Source: Octopus vulgaris
Taxonomy: Eukaryota
Direction of reading: 5' to 3'
Assembly (NCBI GenBank): GCA_951406725.2
Contig: OX597823.1
Location: forward strand, 9,052,001 to 9,116,000
Length of the DNA: 64,000 bases
This document shows, one piece after another, positions 57,201 to 64,000 of the stretch. Position numbers and translations under genes: made by a program. Numbering within the stretch: the first letter of the stretch is position 1; every line of letters starts with the position of its first letter. The notes under the pieces are model-generated. The model saw nothing but the letters and a program-made list of their open reading frames with translations, did not search any database and was not told the DNA's origin.

Positions 57201-59879
57201 GTGTATCTTTTTGCATCTACTATACACATTACATTTACTTTGTTTTTATCTTTCCACATCCATGGGTGTCTCTAAGAATACTGAATACCACATATTGACC
57301 ATTAACACAACCCTGTAAACTATAATCTCAACCCTATGTAAACTATAATGTGTCAGCTACCAAACTTCAAATTTCCTCACATTACTTTGTTCGCCAATTC
57401 TCTATGGTGTACTCGAAACTACTTTTGTAAATGTTATTCATCTTGAAGCACCAACCACATTTATGCGTTGAGTGCACCGCGTAAATTGCAATGTTTCTTA
57501 AATGGAAAGTATACAAGTTTATGTGTTCGTGTGTGATTGTGAGCACAGGTATGTATGTATTCATATGTATGCATCAATAAGTATTCATATGTCAAAGTAT
57601 TATGTGTGTATATGCTTGAACAGGTATATGTTTATGTATAGGTATGTAGTTGTACCTAGATGTATGTGCATATGAAAATGTATGTGTGAACGAATTTATA
57701 TGTACATATGTATACGTGTGTTTGTATATATACGTATGTGTTTCTATACAAACACACATATACACATATATATGTGCGTGTATACACACTCACACATGCA
57801 CATTTATACAAATACGTTAGTGGCTGTACGAGCCTTATTTGTGTTTGTGGTTGTGGTTGTGTCTATGCGTGTGTATATATCGAAAGTGAATATATTTGTT
57901 GGGTTGCTTTTCCTGTTCTTCATTTTGGATTGTAATAGAACCAGTTTCGGAGTAATATGCTTTGGAAAACTTGAATATCCGCCAGATTTCATAATACATC
58001 TATACCTTGCTGCTCACTGAATTGGATTCGTGTCACCTACGGTTCTTCCGTTATTAGAAAATTCTGATTTTGCAACAGGTTACCGGCCAGCATTATACAC
58101 GTCACGCTAGATATTACATCGACATTGCTTAGTGTCTGTTCAGCTCCATCGTACAAAAATGAAAGCGGGATATTAACTATTTACACTGATGGCTTATTAT
58201 AATATATATTTCTTTGCAAAGGATTGCTCCTTCAAACACACAGCTATATACATACATGTACAGTCGGTCATAATCACGCATATCTACCATTAGACGAGTA
58301 TAAAGAAAATTGTTCTTCGTCGATTTCGACGACAAGCCTTAGATTAACTGATTTTCCCTCTCATTGGATTAGCATGTATATGGCTGTGTATCCCACAGAA
58401 ATGTCTACGCGTTGTCTTCGAAAAAACTCAGTATGGCATCCTTTGGATTTCGACTACATTCTATTCAACGGTTTCTTGTAAAACGCTTTTCTCCAACGCA
58501 GTGTCATACCGAAAGCTTTCGTTGACGCAGGGAATAGTAAAAGAAACTTTGGAATCTATTTTGGAGACTCGTGATTATGAACGAACTTTACCATTTGTTT
58601 ATTGTTACGAAAATATTTCAGACAAAGAAGTAGTTTCTCATACATGCATATACATACATACATACAAATATACGCATATATATATGCATGCATACGTACA
58701 CTCACGCACACACACAGATATATACATATACAATCACCTGACACTTAACTGTTATTTGCAGAACCTCCCCTATCGTTTTGCATGAATTTGTGCCTAGTTT
58801 GAGAATAATTTCCATATTCCCACCCCAAACTCTTGGGAGATTCTAAGAACAACATTTGGGGTATAAAAGTTAATAGATGTCGATGTCACATTCGTTGAAA
58901 GCATGCGCAATAACCTGGAAAATAAAAATAAAAAATCACGAAACAGAACTCCGTTGCTGGGAAATTCACGTTTTCCCGGTGATCCAACAGTTCACGGATG
59001 GTCTAGTTAGGTTGTAAAATGTATTTAGCAGAACCGTTAAAGCATTGGATTGAATGAATCCTACATATTTTTTCCAGCATGTTATCTTCAGAGTTCAATC
59101 CTGCCCAGATCAGATTTGCATTTCATGTCAGGGGCGGGTGCGTCGATTAAATAAAGTATCGGTGAAGCATATGGGTCAAATAAATCGAAAGATCTCCACC
59201 CAACAAACTTCCGGCGTTATGGCTATGTTAGAAATATTAATTTTGATAGCGTTGGATTAAGAAAATGGTTATAACAATGGCTAAGTGTCTTGTGATATTT
59301 GCTATTGTTCCTTACATTCTAAGTTCAAATATTGCATCGGTCAATTTTACTCTTCATCCATCCGGAATCACAATGATAAATCACCAGACGAGTGCTGCTA
59401 TCGAAGTAATCGCCCTAATTCTCCTCGTTAATATTAAACTATTAAGAGTTATACTGGCTATAGTTGCCTGTAGTTTCTATTGTACAACCAGGTACAACAC
59501 CATGTTTCTGTACAATATACCTTTCTGTTTTCGGGAAATATGGAATTGTTTTTGCCTAGCTACATCTATTTTGATTTGATTTGGAGACACGCATTTTTGT
59601 TCATTTTGCATGAATGCAGACTATTCTCTGGATTCACTCAACCTCCATCTCTGATATGATGAAAATTCCGGTGTTTGAACAACTTGATTGCTAGCTCCTG
59701 AATTAACGAGCAAATTGCTGAACGGTTTGCAATGTCAGCATAACACAGTGTGGAACAAGGCTCTGCTTTATTAATTATACATTTGATCCACCTAATAGGC
59801 TCCTATAAACTTTCCGTTAACCTTCACCTAGTTTCAATCTCAAGGTATGGGTTTGATTCGATGCTATATAAAAGTGGTG

Positions 59880-60167
59880 AAGGTGCGTGGCTTAGTGGTA
59901 AGAGTATTTAGCTCACGACTGTAGTGTCGTGAGTTCAATTCGCGGCGACGCGTTGTGTCTTTGAGCAAGACACTTTATTTGACGTTGTTCAAGTCCACTA
60001 AGCTGACAAAAATAAGTAGTACCTGTATTTGAAAGGGCCACCTTTTTAACACTAAATGTCACCCTGAATCTCTCTGAGAACTACGTTAAAGATACACGAG
60101 CATGTGGAGTGCTCAGCCACTTGCACATTAATTTTGGAAGCCACATTATCGTAACCGACGGAGTACT
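59880..60167 (+). mobile_element. SINE family D (older copy)
   Basis: ggtgcgtggcttagtgg..gagttcaattc..ttgagcaagacacttt..gtaaccgacggagt. Confidence 0.85.
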
Positions 60168-60267
60168 TAATGAAGTGAAACTCTCACAAACTTGCGCGCA
60201 GTGGGACCAAATGCTGAGTTTCGTTGTTGCCAAATATACTTAACCATTCGGTTATAACGTGCTTATA

Positions 60268-60640
60268 GACCGATCTTACGTTACAAGGATGTTTGCAAAA
60301 GGGACATGAAGGCCTGCAACATCAATATTAGCGGTTGGGAGGCAGTTGCCGGTAACCGTGGAGAATGGCGACGTACCCTAAAAGAGGGAATACAAAGGAG
60401 TGACAGAGAGAGAGAGGAGAAATGGAAAGAAAGGAAGAGACGTAAACAAGAGACTATGGCACTACAACCAGCCAGGAACAGACTTCGCTACATTTGCGGT
60501 ACCTGCCAGAGGGAGTGTTTGTCCAGGATAGGGCTACACAGCCACAGCAGGAAATGTATCAGGACATGAAATGTAAAAGCCGGACTAGACTACTTCATGC
60601 GCAACTCCATTGGCTCCCGAGACAAAAAGGATGCCAACCA
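60268..60640 (+). mobile_element. 5'-truncated RTE LINE 3' end
   Basis: RYKDVCKRDMK..WE.VA.NR.EWR..CGTCQRECLSRIGLHSHSRKC; possible atagac TSD. Confidence 0.9.
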
Positions 60641-61277
60641 ATAGACACATACACAGATACACGCTGCTACATATAGATTTATACATATATACATACCGCA
60701 CACAGAGACGTACACATGCACACACACGCAAACACGCGCACATCTCTTTCATAGTCCTAGATTTTTCCCTCACGTTCGATTCTTCAGAAGACGAAAAAGA
60801 ATTGTTCGAAGGTCTCCTAAGGTTATATCTGGCTAAAGCTATGTGCAGATGCTAACGCTCTTTGAATGTAATCCCAATGTTACTATTATTCTCGTGTCAG
60901 AAATACTTAACGAAATAGCAACCGTTGAATGAGTGATATAATTAGTGTGCGTGTGTGTGTGTGCATGATACAACCGAAGAATATTCTGACTAAATACGGG
61001 TCTAATGTTACAAATAAACGCATTCATGTACACGTGGCTACCCATACACACAACATCGATGTACTTTTACGCTCATCTGCGTCGTGCTAATTGCTGTGTA
61101 TGTGGATATAGGCGGCAGTGTGTAAGTGTACGTGTGTGTGTATATAGTTGTGTATATATGAATATTTATGTATGTATAAGTGTATGTATGTATGTATATA
61201 TATAGATGGATAGAGAGAGAGAGGAGGGAGAAACTATAGCATACATGCACAAATATATATACGCACATATATGTATG

Positions 61278-61366
<89 letters not shown>

Positions 61367-62088
61367 ATAGATAGATAGATACATACATAGATGGGTATGT
61401 AGATAGATAGATATACTTTCTACCTATTTTACAATCTCTAAACTCAATAGAATTTGCTTTAATTAATTAGTCGCGCAATTATTGAATAGCATACATTAGT
61501 GTGTATGGGTAGGAACGAACACATGTGTCTACATTAAGCCTGCAGTGGAATAGACACGGTCATGCTATCTGATAGATTCTTCAGAACAACAGAAACGGAA
61601 ATAAGCGGTGCCACTTTCATTTTGTGTTACATGCAAGCTTTCACGAATTAAAAAATACGATAAAATAACGTAAAAATGCGAAATACAAAAATCAATAGAC
61701 GATAAGGCTGAAAGATATAAAGAAACAATGAGGAGAGTGAATTAAGTTAACGAGAGAAGAGTGTGAGAGGAATGTGTGTGTGTGTGTATTATTCAAAAGG
61801 GGGGAAGGAAATGGATGTGAATCAGTGCGTGTATGCGTTGTGTATGTGTGTGTGTGTGTGTTTCCGTGTTTCTATGTATAGAGACAGAGTGACAGAAGGG
61901 GAGTGAGCGTGATAGAAGGCAACAAAGTACATAATGTCAATCATTCTCTCATCGATATGTAGTTGACAGAGAAATGTATACATATCTACAACTACATGCC
62001 TCTCTCTTTGACTCTCTCTTTCTCTTTCTCCCTCTTTCTATTCGTTTCTTTCTTTCGTTCTCTCCCCCTATCTCTCTCTTTGTGTATA

Positions 62089-62483
62089 TCCTTATATATA
62101 AAAGTGAGGTTGTGTGCTGTCTGTCTCCTACGATTTAGATTCCTAACTACTCCCACATTTTGCGATGCAGTTTAACCAAAACCGGGTATCTTATAGTCGT
62201 GATTCATATCGAGCCCTTCTGGGTATTAGCGCGCGTCTACGATGAGTCTTCGATTAAAAAAAAAATTACCATCAATTTTTCCCATTTTTAATGCACTTTT
62301 GGCATATATAAGGGAAGTAACTCTCTAAAAATTTATTATTAAATCTCAGAACGTAAAAAGCTACAGTAACACCCCCACTTTGTGGTTAACCATATTGAGA
62401 TGGCTATTATACTTTACATCTCTAAAAATGCTTATATAGTTATTTCCCTTACAAACCCAAGCAACGCCGGGCGATACTGCTAG
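62089..62483 (+). mobile_element. Non-autonomous Helitron family L
   Basis: A|TC..hairpin..CTAG|T; near-identical to the reverse complement of 29618-30013. Confidence 0.9.
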
Positions 62484-62568
62484 TCTATATATATATAGCT
62501 GTGTATCTATTTATCTATTTATATTTCTATCAATCTAACTAAATGTCTGTCTGTTTATCTATCTATCA

Positions 62569-62636
<68 letters not shown>

Positions 62637-62639
62637 GTA

Positions 62640-62706
<67 letters not shown>

Positions 62707-62784
62707 ATATTTATAAATACATACATGCATACATGCATACAGACAGGCAGACAGTAGACGGACATGTGTATGTATATACATAGC

Positions 62785-63135
62785 CGTAGGTTTGGCTTTG
62801 TGGTAAGAAGTTTGTTGCCTAACCATATTCCAGTTGAGTCCATCTTGGACACCTGTTTTCTACAATAGCCTCGGGACGACCAAATCTTTGCGAGTAGATT
62901 TGATAAAAAAAACCTGTATTATATTAGTATTAGTATCTGTGCAACACTGGACAATTTGTATTGGTTTGATTATGTCCCCGTAAGCTAGCTGTTCGCGAAA
63001 GCGGACTAACAAAAATATGTACTAAGCTGAAAAAAAATAAGTATGGGGATCATTTTCTCAATTTCTTTGATGAAATTCTTCAAGGCGACTCCCTAGAATG
63101 GCCGCAGTCTAATGACTGAAACACCGAAAAGGGAA
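62785..63135 (+). mobile_element. Degenerate SINE family A-related copy
   Basis: tggctttgtggtaagaag..ttctacaatagcctcggg..atggccgcagtctaatgactgaaac. Confidence 0.7.
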
Positions 63136-63143
63136 AAGATATA

Positions 63144-63262
63144 GCCATGATAGATCGCTAGCCACTACACATTGTTTAAATTTCTCTCCTTGTTTCTTTC
63201 TGTAGAAGAGCATAAGCTCGAAACGTTAGACACTTTTACACTTCCCGAGCTTTATGCTAATG
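63144..63262 (+). mobile_element. Family F element with variant hammerhead-like core (63196-63230)
   Basis: cttt-ctgtaga-a-gagc(ataa)gctc-gaaacgtt. Confidence 0.7.
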
Positions 63263-63264
63263 CA

Positions 63265-63340
<76 letters not shown>

Positions 63341-63343
<3 letters not shown>

Positions 63344-63801
63344 GTCCTCGTCAACTTACGACCAGGACTGCTTCTGACTAACTGGTCGTAAGTCGATTTG
63401 GTCGTAAGTCGGCCTATAGGCCGATATATCGCTTTGTCGTATATTTTTACATTCTCAAGTTACATTCTGAGGTAAAAGACACGTACTGCATTCTTTATTA
63501 TAACAATATACTTGCGATAGTAAAAGATTTTTGAGTTTCAAGCAGTCGTGTTATAAACAAATACTAGGTTGCCTCGATGGTTCGAAAACAAGATATTCAT
63601 CCAAAACTTGGGATAACTACAGTGGCGATCGATAACCAAACCCCTACGTATTGTTTGTTAGCTGACAACATCCGTAGGTGGGTGAGAAAACCTATTAAAT
63701 GTCAACTGGACTACTTATTATTGCTGCCCACAGCTGGCAGGCCAATCGCCGTAAAGTCGATCGCTCGTAACTCGGACTGGCCGAAAGTCGACGACGACCT
63801 C

Positions 63802-63803
<2 letters not shown>
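63341..63803. mobile_element. Tigger/pogo-like MITE inserted in (TA)n
   Basis: TA|caggtcctcgtcaacttacgacc .. ggccgaaagtcgacgacgacctctg imperfect TIRs; repeated ggtcgtaagtc subterminal motifs. Confidence 0.7.
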
Positions 63804-63886
<83 letters not shown>

Positions 63887-63910
63887 GCATATATATATAT
63901 ATATATATAT

Positions 63911-63990
63911 ATTTATTTTATAGAAGGAGCTTCTACAGGACTAGTCTAGTCAGATCTAGTCCTGTAGAAGCGCCTTCTATAAAATAAATT
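63911..63990. repeat. Fold-back inverted repeat, ~34-bp arms
   Basis: atttattttatagaaggagcttctacaggactag / ctagtcctgtagaagcgccttctataaaataaat. Confidence 0.9.
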
Positions 63991-64000
63991 AATTTACTCT

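Overview
AT-rich, repeat-saturated eukaryotic DNA; the SINE families and microsatellite load look like an octopus/cephalopod genome (inference). I cannot support any intact host protein-coding gene, and almost all ORFs in the track are translated microsatellites. The window holds at least five tRNA-derived SINE families with shuffled heads and tails, R4/Dong-type restriction-like-endonuclease LINE fragments lying in (TAA)n tracts, RTE and CR1-like LINE ends, a Penelope GIY-YIG remnant, a decayed mariner, non-autonomous Helitrons and a Tigger-like MITE. The most interesting signal is a set of short non-coding repeat families carrying type I hammerhead-ribozyme folds. One is fused to a tRNA/Pol III SINE head and inserted as a head-to-head dimer with a single 10-bp target-site duplication. 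Several fold-back insertions point to Penelope-type mobilisation. Secondary signals are scattered stop-poor, decayed reading frames of unknown origin and an inverted duplication with conserved splice signals. Coordinates were read by eye, so element edges may be off by a few to tens of bases.
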